Shown here in pieces: positions 19,701-30,319 of a stretch of DNA of 64,000 nucleotides. Numbering within the stretch: the first letter of the stretch is position 1; each line of letters starts with the position of its first letter. The DNA comes from an uncultured Christensenellaceae bacterium (GTDB lineage Bacteria > Bacillota > Clostridia > Christensenellales > UBA3700). The stretch lies in NCBI GenBank assembly GCA_910588545.1, contig CAJUOU010000001.1, positions 308,357-372,356 of the forward strand, in the 5' to 3' direction. A model generated the notes under the pieces. The model saw only the letters and a program-made list of their open reading frames with translations. It was not told where the DNA came from and did not search any database. The position numbers and the translations under genes are program-made.

Positions 19701-19714
19701 AAAATCGGTATTAA
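19701..19714 (+). repeat. copy of recurrent intergenic motif (AAAATCGGTATTAA)
   Basis: Lies 73 nt after the stop at 19628. Confidence 0.4.
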
Positions 19715-19717
19715 ACT

Positions 19718-19749
19718 AAAAATCACTCTTTTTGAAGAGTGATTTTTTG
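19718..19749. terminator. bidirectional intrinsic terminator between convergent genes
   Basis: 10-bp stem AATCACTCTT/AAGAGTGATT with loop TTTG, flanked by an A-run and a T-run. Confidence 0.85.
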
Positions 19750-19759
19750 TTATAGTTTA

Positions 19760-20192
19760 TTTTTTAATTGTAAATTGCTTTTACAGCAATTAGGTTTCCG
19801 TTAAAATAAATTTGAGCTTTAGGACTGTCTTTTTCAATATCCGTTACAATTACAGTGTCTTTTTGGTCATTGATTTCCAATTTATAAAGTCCTGTGCTAT
19901 CAAGCCAATTTACAAGTTCGTCTATTGTCATAAATGATATTGCATACCAACTGTAAGTAGTGTCGCTAAATGTAATTTCCTCATTAAAGAATTTTTCAGT
20001 TAAATGAATAGGAAATACTATACCTTCGACAGATAAATGTTGTAAAGTATAATTAAGGTTATCATATATTGCATCATGCTTGCTTAAAACAGCTCTTGCA
20101 ATGACTTTGTCCGATTTTACTTTATAAAGATAGGCTTTGTTGTTATGAATCTCATAATTTTGATTACTATCGTAATCTTTGGCAAGTTCGCA
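19760..20192. repeat. direct repeat copy 1 (433 bp, period 753 bp)
   Basis: Aligns with 20513-20945. Positions 19869-20160 are base-for-base identical to 20622-20913. Confidence 0.95.
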
Positions 20193-20447
20193 TAATTGTA
20201 AAATTGTTAAATCAGAATGAAATTTTTGATGAGTAGGGGTAGAAAAACCATTTTTCATTTTGACAGGAATAACTATTTGTTCGCCACTTATTTTAATAGA
20301 GCGGTCTACAATGCATATTTGCTTAGAATTTGCTCTATCCATATTGTTAGTAACTATAATTGGAAAGAATATGCCAAGTACTACGATTGCAATTACACTA
20401 AAAACAATGACATGTATCCAAATAGCCTTTTTTGTTTCTTTTGTCAT
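19764..20447 (-). CDS. hypothetical N-terminally membrane-anchored protein, paralog A (227 aa)
   Basis: One N-terminal TM helix (AIWIHVIVFSVIAIVVLGIFFPIIV). RBS AGGGAGAAG. The C-terminal ~135 aa are nearly identical to the neighbour. Confidence 0.75.
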   Translation of the reverse strand: MTKETKKAIWIHVIVFSVIAIVVLGIFFPIIVTNNMDRANSKQICIVDRSIKISGEQIVIPVKMKNGFSTPTHQKFHSDLTILQLCELAKDYDSNQNYEIHNNKAYLYKVKSDKVIARAVLSKHDAIYDNLNYTLQHLSVEGIVFPIHLTEKFFNEEITFSDTTYSWYAISFMTIDELVNWLDSTGLYKLEINDQKDTVIVTDIEKDSPKAQIYFNGNLIAVKAIYN

Positions 20448-20512
20448 AAACTTCTCCCTATTTTACATTTAAATAGTAACTCATTAAAACAGTGAAATTT
20501 GTTATATGTTAA

Positions 20513-20945
20513 TTTTTTAATTGTAAATTGCTTTTACAGCAATGATGTTTCCGTTAAAATAAATTTGAGCTTTAGAACTGTCTTTTTCAATATCCGTTAC
20601 AATTACAGTGTCTTTTTGAGTATTGATTTCCAATTTATAAAGTCCTGTGCTATCAAGCCAATTTACAAGTTCGTCTATTGTCATAAATGATATTGCATAC
20701 CAACTGTAAGTAGTGTCGCTAAATGTAATTTCCTCATTAAAGAATTTTTCAGTTAAATGAATAGGAAATACTATACCTTCGACAGATAAATGTTGTAAAG
20801 TATAATTAAGGTTATCATATATTGCATCATGCTTGCTTAAAACAGCTCTTGCAATGACTTTGTCCGATTTTACTTTATAAAGATAGGCTTTGTTGTTATG
20901 AATCTCATAATTTAGATTACTATCGTAATTTTTAGCAAGTTCGCA
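20513..20945. repeat. direct repeat copy 2
   Basis: See copy 1. The few mismatches cluster at the two edges. Confidence 0.95.
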
Positions 20946-21236
20946 AAGCTCTGAAATAGATTTTTCCGAATAAAAAACCTGATGAGACGGAGTATACAAT
21001 CCTTGTTTCATTTTGACAGGTATAGTAATACTGTCGCCGTTAAATATAGTGCTGTCTTCAACACAAATTACTTTTTTGTCTACAAATCCACCTACTTTGA
21101 ATGTTAACCCCCAAATGAGAAAACCAAGTATTACTGCAAGTAGTGTACAGGCAGTTGCCGTGATTATAACGATTTTTTTCTTTTTATCCATTGGCTTTGC
21201 ATGCCCGCAAATTTTGTCTTTTACTTCATCTTCCAT
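20517..21236 (-). CDS. hypothetical N-terminally membrane-anchored protein, paralog B (239 aa)
   Basis: Charged N-terminus followed by a TM helix (IVIITATACTLLAVILGFLIWGL). C-terminal domain matches paralog A. Confidence 0.75.
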   Translation of the reverse strand: MEDEVKDKICGHAKPMDKKKKIVIITATACTLLAVILGFLIWGLTFKVGGFVDKKVICVEDSTIFNGDSITIPVKMKQGLYTPSHQVFYSEKSISELCELAKNYDSNLNYEIHNNKAYLYKVKSDKVIARAVLSKHDAIYDNLNYTLQHLSVEGIVFPIHLTEKFFNEEITFSDTTYSWYAISFMTIDELVNWLDSTGLYKLEINTQKDTVIVTDIEKDSSKAQIYFNGNIIAVKAIYN

Positions 21237-21265
21237 ACTTTTTCCCCTATGCTTTTTACAATTTT

Positions 21266-21294
21266 ATCATACCATATAAAACTAAAAAATGCAA
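21266..21294 (-). promoter_or_regulatory. sigma-A-like promoter for the paralog B-A pair
   Basis: On the minus strand: TTGCAT, 17-nt spacer, TGgTATGAT. Confidence 0.45.
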
Positions 21295-21388
21295 TACCTA
21301 TTTTAAGATTGTAAGCTCTGTTATCCGCTGATATAAAATTTGGTTTTATTATCTTTATATTAAAATATAATAAAATATTAAAAAAATA

Positions 21389-21417
21389 TTTACAAGTCAA
21401 AAAAAATATGCTATAAT
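21389..21417 (+). promoter_or_regulatory. sigma-A-like promoter abutting the start codon of the peptidase gene (leaderless candidate)
   Basis: TTTACA at 21389-21394, 17-nt spacer, TGcTATAAT at 21409-21417. The ATG at 21424 lies 7 nt after the -10 element. Confidence 0.5.
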
Positions 21418-21423
21418 GCTTTT

Positions 21424-22497
21424 ATGGTAAGTTACAATAAGATATTTGATAGTAATAATTTGGACGGAATTTTGATTTCAAATACTTTTAATGTAAGATA
21501 TGTCAGTGGATATTCTGCCGATTATGCTTTTGTGCTTATTACCAAACAAAACAAATTTTATTTTACCGACGGCAGGTTTACGATTGAGGCAAATAGGGAC
21601 TTATCTAAGGATTGGCAGGTAATTGAAATTACTCCTACTACAGCAGAGCAGGTTATAAAAAATGTATTAGCCGATAACAATATCAAAAATGTCGGTTTTG
21701 ACAGCAACATAAGTCATTATGATTATGTGTTTGTGACGGAAAAATTGCTTGCAGGGATTAATTCAACTGATATAACAAACGAGATTACCGCATTGCGTGC
21801 TGTTAAAAGCGATTATGAAATAGATTGTATTATCAAAGCGCAAAGAATTGCGGAAAAATCTTTGGAGCAGGTAAAACCGCTTATCAAAAAAAATATGACG
21901 GAATTGGAGCTTTGTGCTAAGCTTGAGTATTTTATGAAAGTGAACGGTAGCGAGAAAAACGCTTTTGATACTATCGTTGCTTTTGGGGAAAATTCTGCAA
22001 TCGCACATGCAAAGCCGTCAGATAGAAAGCTTAAAGTCGGGGATGTTATACTTATCGATTTTGGTGCAACATACAAAGGTTATCACTCGGATATGACAAG
22101 AACTTTTGTGTTTGGGGAGTGTTCGGAGGAAATAGAAAAATTATACAATATTGTGCTTGGTGCAAATGAGATTGCAATAGACTGCATACGTTCGGGCATA
22201 CCGCCGAGAGAGGCAGACAGGGTTGCAAGAAATTATTTGGATTTGCATAGGCTGGCAACATATTTCAATCATTCGTTAGGTCATGGCGTCGGGCTTGAAA
22301 TACACGAATATCCGACTTTGTCTTCACGCGTGATGACGGATGAAAGATTGCAAGACGGTATGGTAATAACCATAGAGCCGGGGATTTATATTGAGGGGCT
22401 TTGCGGTATAAGAATTGAGGATATGATTGTGGTTAAAGGTGCTAATGCAGTAAATTTGACTACTTCAAATAAAAAATTGGAAATTATTAATAATTAG
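21424..22497 (+). CDS. M24-family Xaa-Pro aminopeptidase/dipeptidase
   Basis: Creatinase-like N-domain plus M24 core ([35 protein letters not shown]). Precedes efp, as yqhT does in Bacillus. Confidence 0.9.
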   Translation: MVSYNKIFDSNNLDGILISNTFNVRYVSGYSADYAFVLITKQNKFYFTDGRFTIEANRDLSKDWQVIEITPTTAEQVIKNVLADNNIKNVGFDSNISHYDYVFVTEKLLAGINSTDITNEITALRAVKSDYEIDCIIKAQRIAEKSLEQVKPLIKKNMTELELCAKLEYFMKVNGSEKNAFDTIVAFGENSAIAHAKPSDRKLKVGDVILIDFGATYKGYHSDMTRTFVFGECSEEIEKLYNIVLGANEIAIDCIRSGIPPREADRVARNYLDLHRLATYFNHSLGHGVGLEIHEYPTLSSRVMTDERLQDGMVITIEPGIYIEGLCGIRIEDMIVVKGANAVNLTTSNKKLEIINN

Positions 22498-22513
22498 TTT
22501 ATCGGAGGTAAAT

Positions 22514-23077
22514 ATGGCTACAATTTTGGCTGGTGATTTTCGTAAGGGAATTACATTTGAAATGGATGGAAAGGTAATGGTTATCGTGGACTTTTTGCAC
22601 GTTAAACCAGGTAAAGGTGCAGCGTTTGTACGTACTAAAATAAGAGACGTTATCAACGGTGGCGTTATTGAAAAAACTTTTAACCCTACGGAAAAATTTG
22701 AACTTGCACATATTGAGAGAAAAACTCTTGAATATTTGTATACAGACGGAGAGTTGTATTACTTTATGGACCAAGAGACTTATGAGCAAACCGCACTTAA
22801 CCAAGAAAGCTGTGAAGATGCACTTAAGTTTATTAAAGAGAATATGACTGTTGATATCGAGTTTTACAAAGGAAAGGCTTTTTCTGTAACTGCTCCTAAC
22901 TTTGTTGAGTTGCTTATTACTTATTGTGAGCCGGGTGCTAAAGGTAATACCGCAACAAATGCAACAAAGCCTGCAACACTTGAGACAGGATATGTTATCC
23001 AAGTTCCACTATTTGTTAACGAAGGCGATACTATTCGTATTGACACAAGAACCGGAACTTATATGTCAAGAGTTTAA
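22514..23077 (+). CDS. efp: elongation factor P
   Basis: [16 protein letters not shown] motif and full-length EF-P pattern. Confidence 0.97.
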   Translation: MATILAGDFRKGITFEMDGKVMVIVDFLHVKPGKGAAFVRTKIRDVINGGVIEKTFNPTEKFELAHIERKTLEYLYTDGELYYFMDQETYEQTALNQESCEDALKFIKENMTVDIEFYKGKAFSVTAPNFVELLITYCEPGAKGNTATNATKPATLETGYVIQVPLFVNEGDTIRIDTRTGTYMSRV

Positions 23078-23095
23078 TTTGCTGCAAAACTAAAA

Positions 23096-23127
23096 ACTGC
23101 AAGTATCATTGCTTGCAGTCTTTTTTT
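23096..23127 (+). terminator. intrinsic terminator after efp
   Basis: Stem ACTGCAAG/CTTGCAGT followed by T7. Confidence 0.85.
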
Positions 23128-23209
23128 GGTACGGCAATTACAGATAAAAATAAGCTATATAGGCGAACTATGTAGTTTTAAAATACAATAAAAGGTTTAA
23201 GCATTTAAA

Positions 23210-23701
23210 ATGAGGATTTTAGGTATTGACCCCGGGATTGCTATAGTTGGATATGGTGTTATTGATGTTGAGCGAGGGAACTATTCTCTTGTAGATTACG
23301 GAGTGATAACCACCCCAAAGGAAGAGAATACCCCAACAAGACTTTGTATGATTGAGCGAAGTCTTATAAAACTTATCGAACAATATAAACCCGACAATAT
23401 AGCACTTGAGGAATTGTTTTTTGCAAGAAATACAACCACTGCAATTACCGTTGCGGAAGCAAGGGGAGTTTTACTTTTGACTGCAACAAAGTATTGCGGT
23501 AGTTTGTTTGAGTATACGCCCTTGCAGATTAAACAAGCGATTACCGGCTATGGCAAGGCAGACAAAAACCAAGTTCAACAAATGGTAAAAATGATGTTAA
23601 AACTAAAAAGTATACCAAAGCCGGATGACGCTGCGGATGCTCTTGCAGTTGCGATAACTCATGGTCAAACCAACAAAATGGCAAATATGTTTAGGATTTG
23701 A
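23210..23701 (+). CDS. ruvC: Holliday junction resolvase RuvC
   Basis: MRILGIDPG...; the EE..FF and DAADALA motifs. Confidence 0.95.
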   Translation: MRILGIDPGIAIVGYGVIDVERGNYSLVDYGVITTPKEENTPTRLCMIERSLIKLIEQYKPDNIALEELFFARNTTTAITVAEARGVLLLTATKYCGSLFEYTPLQIKQAITGYGKADKNQVQQMVKMMLKLKSIPKPDDAADALAVAITHGQTNKMANMFRI

Positions 23702-23786
23702 TTTTAAAAGGCCTGTTGCATATTATAAAATCAAAATAACAAGATAAACAAAAGTATTTTAAACTAATGGTATAAAAGGAGTGTAT

Positions 23787-24383
23787 ATGTACGCATTTAT
23801 AAGTGGATTAATCGATTATATTGACCCTAACGGATTGGTGGTTGTTGACAATAACGGCATTGGATACAATATAAATGTTTCATTAAATACTTTGGCGGAT
23901 TTGCCACAAAAAGGGGAAAAGACAAAACTTTATACTTATACTCATATCAAGGAAGATGCTTTTTCGTTATTCGGCTTTTTGAGTATGAGCGAAAAAAATA
24001 TGTTTATCAAATTAATCGACATCAATGGAGTAGGTCCAAAGATGGCACTTGGTATTTTATCGGGCATAGACACAGCGTCACTTGCTTTGGCGGTTGCAAA
24101 CAACGATGTAAAAAGTTTATCCAGCATAAAAGGCGTAGGCAAAAAGACCGCCGAGCGAATTATTTTGGAACTAAAAGAAAAAGTGAACATTACTGCCGAA
24201 GAGGTTATGGGTAGCAATAGCAGCATAAAAATCAGCAGTTCTAAGGAAATTAATGATGCTATTGAGGCATTGGTGGCTTTGGGTATTTCCAAAAATGATG
24301 CTATTAAAGCCGTTCAAAAAGCTAGTGAAAGTGCAAAAGATACAAATGCTATTATCACACTTGCACTTCGTAGTATGGCATAA
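23787..24383 (+). CDS. ruvA: Holliday junction branch-migration protein RuvA
   Basis: MYAFISGL..., HhH motifs ([22 protein letters not shown]). Start moved to ATG 23787 (AAAGGAG RBS). Confidence 0.95.
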   Translation: MYAFISGLIDYIDPNGLVVVDNNGIGYNINVSLNTLADLPQKGEKTKLYTYTHIKEDAFSLFGFLSMSEKNMFIKLIDINGVGPKMALGILSGIDTASLALAVANNDVKSLSSIKGVGKKTAERIILELKEKVNITAEEVMGSNSSIKISSSKEINDAIEALVALGISKNDAIKAVQKASESAKDTNAIITLALRSMA

Positions 24384-24394
24384 GGGGGAGTAGT

Positions 24395-25462
24395 ATGTTT
24401 AATTTTGACGAAGAAGATGACAGATTAATAACAAGTACAAAACACAAGGAAGATACTGCCGAAAATTGTCTTAGACCAAAAAGTATGGACGAGTATATCG
24501 GACAGGATAAAATAAAAGGCAATCTTGAAATATTCATACAAGCGGCATTAAAACGCGGCGAGGCGTTGGACCATGTACTTTTGTACGGACCTCCGGGACT
24601 TGGTAAAACCACACTATCGCATATCATTGCAAACGAGATGAATTCGCAAATACGTGTTACTTCCGGCCCTGCAATAGAAAAAGCGGGTGATTTGGCTGCC
24701 ATTCTTACAAACTTGTCAGACAACGACATACTTTTTATTGACGAAATTCACAGGCTAAACCGAAATGTTGAGGAAGTTTTATATCCTGCTATGGAGGATT
24801 ATGCCTTGGATATTATAATCGGTAAAGGTCCGTCTGCAAGGAGTTTGCGTATTGACTTGCCAAAGTTTACTTTGATTGGTGCAACAACTAAGGCAGGTAT
24901 GTTAACAAGCCCGTTACGCGACAGGTTTGGCGTAAATTTGAGGTTGGAACTGTATACTCCCGACGATTTGGTAAAAATAATCAATCGCTCGGCAAAACTT
25001 TTAAATATAAATATCGATGAGGATGCGAGCTATGAAATTGCAAGACGTTCAAGGGGTACACCGCGTATTGCAAACAGATTTTTAAAAAGGGTAAGAGACT
25101 TTGCGGAAGTGTTGGGCGACGGTGGTAAAATAGATTTGCCTCTTGCAAAAAAAGGCTTAACGTTAATGGAAGTTGACGATATGGGGCTTGACTATAGTGA
25201 CAGGAAGATTTTGACTACAATGATTGATACTTTTGGTGGCGGTCCTGTAGGACTTGATACTTTGGCAGCATCAGTTAATGAAGACAGCAACACTATCGAA
25301 GATGTTATAGAGCCTTACTTGATGCAAGTTGGTTTTGTTGCAAGGACACCAAGAGGAAGAATTTGTCTGAAAAAAGCTTATGACCATTTAGGTAAGGTAA
25401 TGGATAGCGAGAAACAAGAGTTGTTCTCACAATACGAAAATGAAGGAAAAAATAATGAATAA
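24395..25462 (+). CDS. ruvB: Holliday junction DNA helicase RuvB
   Basis: [35 protein letters not shown] motifs. Confidence 0.97.
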   Translation: MFNFDEEDDRLITSTKHKEDTAENCLRPKSMDEYIGQDKIKGNLEIFIQAALKRGEALDHVLLYGPPGLGKTTLSHIIANEMNSQIRVTSGPAIEKAGDLAAILTNLSDNDILFIDEIHRLNRNVEEVLYPAMEDYALDIIIGKGPSARSLRIDLPKFTLIGATTKAGMLTSPLRDRFGVNLRLELYTPDDLVKIINRSAKLLNINIDEDASYEIARRSRGTPRIANRFLKRVRDFAEVLGDGGKIDLPLAKKGLTLMEVDDMGLDYSDRKILTTMIDTFGGGPVGLDTLAASVNEDSNTIEDVIEPYLMQVGFVARTPRGRICLKKAYDHLGKVMDSEKQELFSQYENEGKNNE

Positions 25463-26477
25463 AAGTGATTTTTACTACGATTTGCCGCAAGAGTTGATTG
25501 CACAAACACCTATTTATCCGCGTGATAACTCTAGGATGTTAGTGTACGACAGACTGACTAATAAAATCGCACATAAGCATTTTTACGATATAGTAGAATA
25601 TCTTAAAGAGGGCGATGTGTTGGTTATAAACAACACAAAAGTAATACCTGCAAGGATATTTTGCCACAGAGAGGGTAAGGATGAAGTTATCGAAGTACTA
25701 CTTTTAAAAAGGATTGACTATAATCATTACGAGTGCATTACAAAACCTGCAAAAAAACTAAAAATAGATACAAAAGTGATTTTTAGCGAAAAGCTCTCCG
25801 CAATCGTCAAAGAAATCGGGGAGCAAGGTATAAGGGTTTTGGAGTTTACTTTTGACGGTGTGTTAGAAGATATTTTAAACGATATAGGAACAATGCCGCT
25901 TCCGCCTTATATTAAAGAAAAATTGCAAGACCAATCTAGGTATCAAACTGTTTATTGCAAAGAGCTTGGCTCTAGTGCAGCACCTACTGCGGGACTGCAT
26001 TTTACACAGGAATTACTTGAGAAAATTAAGGAAAAAGGCGTTCAAATTGCACAAGTGCTTTTGCATGTCGGTTTGGGAACTTTCAGACCTGTAAAGGAAG
26101 AAGACATTTTAAAACATAATATGCACAGCGAGTACTGTGAGATAGACAAAGAAAATGCCGAAATTATCAATAATGCAGTAAAAGACGGCAGAAGAGTAAT
26201 TTGCGTAGGCACAACCTCTGTAAGAACAGTGGAAAGCTTAGCTGATGAAAACGGCTTTGTAAAAGCGGATAAAATGGATACAAATATCTTTATTTATCCG
26301 GGGTATAAATTTAAAGTAGTAAAGGGATTGATAACCAATTTCCATTTGCCGGAATCCACACTTATAATGCTTGTATCGGCTTTTATGGGTAGAGAAAATA
26401 CTTTGAATATGTACAATGAGGCCGTAAAGGAAAAATACAGATTTTTTAGCTTTGGCGATGCTACATATATCATCTAA
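25455..26477 (+). CDS. queA: S-adenosylmethionine:tRNA ribosyltransferase-isomerase
   Basis: [17 protein letters not shown]...; the LPPYI and FFSFGDA motifs. Start ATG 25455 overlaps the end of ruvB. Confidence 0.95.
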   Translation: MNKSDFYYDLPQELIAQTPIYPRDNSRMLVYDRLTNKIAHKHFYDIVEYLKEGDVLVINNTKVIPARIFCHREGKDEVIEVLLLKRIDYNHYECITKPAKKLKIDTKVIFSEKLSAIVKEIGEQGIRVLEFTFDGVLEDILNDIGTMPLPPYIKEKLQDQSRYQTVYCKELGSSAAPTAGLHFTQELLEKIKEKGVQIAQVLLHVGLGTFRPVKEEDILKHNMHSEYCEIDKENAEIINNAVKDGRRVICVGTTSVRTVESLADENGFVKADKMDTNIFIYPGYKFKVVKGLITNFHLPESTLIMLVSAFMGRENTLNMYNEAVKEKYRFFSFGDATYII

Positions 26478-26494
26478 TTGACAAAAAGTCTTTA

Positions 26495-26508
26495 AAAATC
26501 GGTACTAA
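26495..26508 (+). repeat. copy of recurrent intergenic motif (AAAATCGGTACTAA)
   Basis: Lies 18 nt after the queA stop. Confidence 0.45.
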
Positions 26509-26646
26509 TGTATAAAGTTGAGTAAGATTATAAGCTATGTCAAAAAACAATTTGTTTATAATAAATAAAAATTAGCTGTTCAAATAAACAAGAAAGAAAA
26601 AATAAAACGTATAAGCAAACTAGTTTAAAAAAATGCAAAAGTTTAA

Positions 26647-27783
<1,137 letters not shown>

Positions 27784-27854
27784 TTAAAATAGTCTTTAAA
27801 AAATGTCGAAAATATTGTTTTTTATGATTAAATGAGTTTTTTTATATTAAATCA

Positions 27855-27883
27855 TTGCAAAATTTATTAAGATATAGTATAAT
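27855..27883 (+). promoter_or_regulatory. sigma-A-like promoter upstream of yajC
   Basis: TTGCAA at 27855-27860, 17-nt spacer, TATAAT at 27878-27883. Confidence 0.5.
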
Positions 27884-27996
27884 AAGCTAAAACAAAATGA
27901 GATTTTAATAAATGGATGAAGTTGCTTTAATCTTGTGACTTTAATATGCCAAATTGCAACTTCTTATATGTTTTAGCAAATAAAAAGGAGATTATT

Positions 27997-28578
27997 ATGT
28001 TGAATTTATTATGTGAAGGAACAGCAAACAGCGGTAGCTCTTGGTATATGTTCCTTATAATCGGTGTGTTGTTCGTAGTTATGATGTTGTTTACCATTAT
28101 TCCTCAAAGAAAAAGGAAAAAGGAAGCACAACAAATGATGCAATCTGTTAGAGTAGGCAAAAAAATCAGAACTATCGGTGGTTTTGTTGGCGAAATCGTG
28201 AGCTTGGATAGCAAAAATGGTACAATGGAATTAAATGTTGGCTCAAAAGAGGCTCCTGTAATCGTAGTTATGGACCAAGGCGCTATCGGCGTAGTACTTA
28301 ATCCGGATGCTCCGCAAGCAGCTGCTGCAAAGCAAGAGGCTCCTGTAGAACAAGGCGCAACACCAAGTGCAGTTACTGCCGACGATGCGGAAGAGGATGC
28401 TGTAGTAGCAGAGAAAGCTGCTGAAAAACAAGCCAAAAAAGATGCTAAGAAAAAAGAAAAAGCTGAAAAAAAAGCTGCAGAAAATGCAAGCGAAGTAGTA
28501 GCAGAACCTGTTGCAACTGAAGAGGTATCAAACGAAAATGCACAAGTAGTAGAGTCGACTACCGAGGTAAATCATTAA
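27997..28578 (+). CDS. yajC: preprotein translocase subunit YajC with a long Ala/Glu/Lys-rich C-terminal extension
   Basis: TM helix followed by IIPQRKRKKEAQQMMQSVRVGKKIRTIGGFVGEIV, the YajC core. Start moved to ATG 27997 (AAAGGAG RBS). Confidence 0.88.
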   Translation: MLNLLCEGTANSGSSWYMFLIIGVLFVVMMLFTIIPQRKRKKEAQQMMQSVRVGKKIRTIGGFVGEIVSLDSKNGTMELNVGSKEAPVIVVMDQGAIGVVLNPDAPQAAAAKQEAPVEQGATPSAVTADDAEEDAVVAEKAAEKQAKKDAKKKEKAEKKAAENASEVVAEPVATEEVSNENAQVVESTTEVNH

Positions 28579-28594
28579 TTAAAAACAAAACAAT

Positions 28595-28624
28595 AAGCAC
28601 CTTTCAAGGTGCTTTTTGTTTTTT
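28595..28624. terminator. bidirectional intrinsic terminator
   Basis: Stem AGCACCTT/AAGGTGCT with an A-rich 5' flank and TTTTTGTTTTTT 3' flank, between convergent genes. Confidence 0.8.
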
Positions 28625-28643
28625 ATACACATTATTTATAATC

Positions 28644-30053
28644 TTATAAGTTGATTACATTATATCCGTCAAGATAAGGCAAGTTGTTTGCAAGCTTGAT
28701 TGTTTCGCCTGTTCTTCTGTGGATAAATTTTATTTTAATTTCTTTTACATTTTTATCTATTAATACGATTTGTTGTCCGAATCTTCCAAGCTGGATTTGC
28801 TCGACCTCTATATTTTGCCCATCTGCTATTATTTCAAGTTTGTACTCAAAAGGAGAGGCAATACCAAAATTATTTATCATAAAAGAAGTTTTGCCGTTTG
28901 TTTGCAAAAGGTTGCTTACTCCTAAATTATATCCCAAATGGTATTGCAAATAATTATAAATGGAAATTTGATTTTTTTCAAGCATACTGTCAAGATAAGG
29001 GATATTGTTTTTGTCAAGTTGCGATTTAGTCAAGTATTCGGTTTTCCATTTTTCAAGATGATAAACTATATCTTTCTCTTTTAAATCTTCTATATAATTA
29101 TGTGTAATACTAAGAGAAGTAAGTCCGTATCCTATGACTTGTTTCAAAAAGCCAATCGGGTCAATAACAGGTACAGTAGTATCTCGCCCCCAAGGCATTT
29201 CGCCATCTGCAATGGCATATTGGTTTTTGTTAAGCAAATCTTGATATTGCGGGTCGTTCCAACTCATCATTCCCCATTTGTGGTCCATTCCAACTAAAAA
29301 GTCGTCATGAACGGAAAATCTATGCTCATATTTTTTAGGAACTTGCGACAAAATATCGGGTGTTCTGACCATTATGTAAATATCTTCCGGTATTGCTTCG
29401 CAAAACTTTGTTATAAGTTTTTTGATATTGTGATGATAATGGTATCCGTGTCCTTCTCCCCAAAGACCTATCAAACCTAGCTGCATAGCGTATACAACAT
29501 CATTAAACAATTTGCTGTTATCGTTTATAAAGCTTTTTATTTGACTTAAATGCTTAATTATTTGCCCGTCTTTTGCATCATAGTTTGCACTTGAAGTATA
29601 TTCATAAGCAAATCTTAATAAAATTCGTATATTTTTGCTTTTAAACATTTCGAAATATTTTTTCATTTGAGATAGGGCAGTTTCGTTCAAATCTCTATCG
29701 CGGTATTCGGTAAGGTAAATATAGCACTGTAAAATGTTGATTTTATCATTCTTATAAAGCTCTAATTGTTCATTAACGCAATCGAGATAGTTTTGTTCGT
29801 CTCCCGGATATGCTTTTTCCGTTCCTAAAGTATAATATACTTCTCCGCGAAAGCCTCTGTCACTGTTTGCAAGTAAGCTTTCGTCCATTTCGCTAAGATG
29901 TAAATTGTCAATTACAGTATATTCAAAACTCGTCCTTGCAGGTGGATATTGTTGTATTTTATATTTGCTGTTTGTACAACCTGTAATCAAAAGTGGCAAA
30001 AAAATAGCCAATGCCATAAGGAGAGCAATTAAAACGATAGAATAACTTTTCAT
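28644..30053 (-). CDS. lipoprotein, DUF4874/DUF4832-like putative glycoside hydrolase
   Basis: Signal peptide with lipobox (LLITGC). Motifs SDRGFRGEVYYTLG and LIGLWGEGHG as I remember them for the DUF4874/DUF4832 TIM-barrel families. Confidence 0.6.
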   Translation of the reverse strand: MKSYSIVLIALLMALAIFLPLLITGCTNSKYKIQQYPPARTSFEYTVIDNLHLSEMDESLLANSDRGFRGEVYYTLGTEKAYPGDEQNYLDCVNEQLELYKNDKINILQCYIYLTEYRDRDLNETALSQMKKYFEMFKSKNIRILLRFAYEYTSSANYDAKDGQIIKHLSQIKSFINDNSKLFNDVVYAMQLGLIGLWGEGHGYHYHHNIKKLITKFCEAIPEDIYIMVRTPDILSQVPKKYEHRFSVHDDFLVGMDHKWGMMSWNDPQYQDLLNKNQYAIADGEMPWGRDTTVPVIDPIGFLKQVIGYGLTSLSITHNYIEDLKEKDIVYHLEKWKTEYLTKSQLDKNNIPYLDSMLEKNQISIYNYLQYHLGYNLGVSNLLQTNGKTSFMINNFGIASPFEYKLEIIADGQNIEVEQIQLGRFGQQIVLIDKNVKEIKIKFIHRRTGETIKLANNLPYLDGYNVINL

Positions 30054-30265
30054 AATTTCTCCTAATTGAATATCATTATAATAATTATATAAAATATTTT
30101 AGGTTTAGTCAATAGTTTGCTAAATTTTAGTCGGATTATCTATATTAAAAAATCCACTTTAAAATGTATAGTTATAAAAAAAATACATAAGTGTCGATTT
30201 TTGTAGATATATGTTTTTTAATGGAAAATTGTCTACAACTCGTGGAAAAAAAATTATAAATTACC

Positions 30266-30294
30266 TTGACATTAAAAGTATTATTATGTATAAT
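30266..30294 (+). promoter_or_regulatory. sigma-A-like promoter of the XRE-regulator gene
   Basis: TTGACA at 30266-30271, 17-nt spacer, TATAAT at 30289-30294. Confidence 0.6.
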
Positions 30295-30319
30295 GATATA
30301 GCATTCAAAAGAGGTAAAT

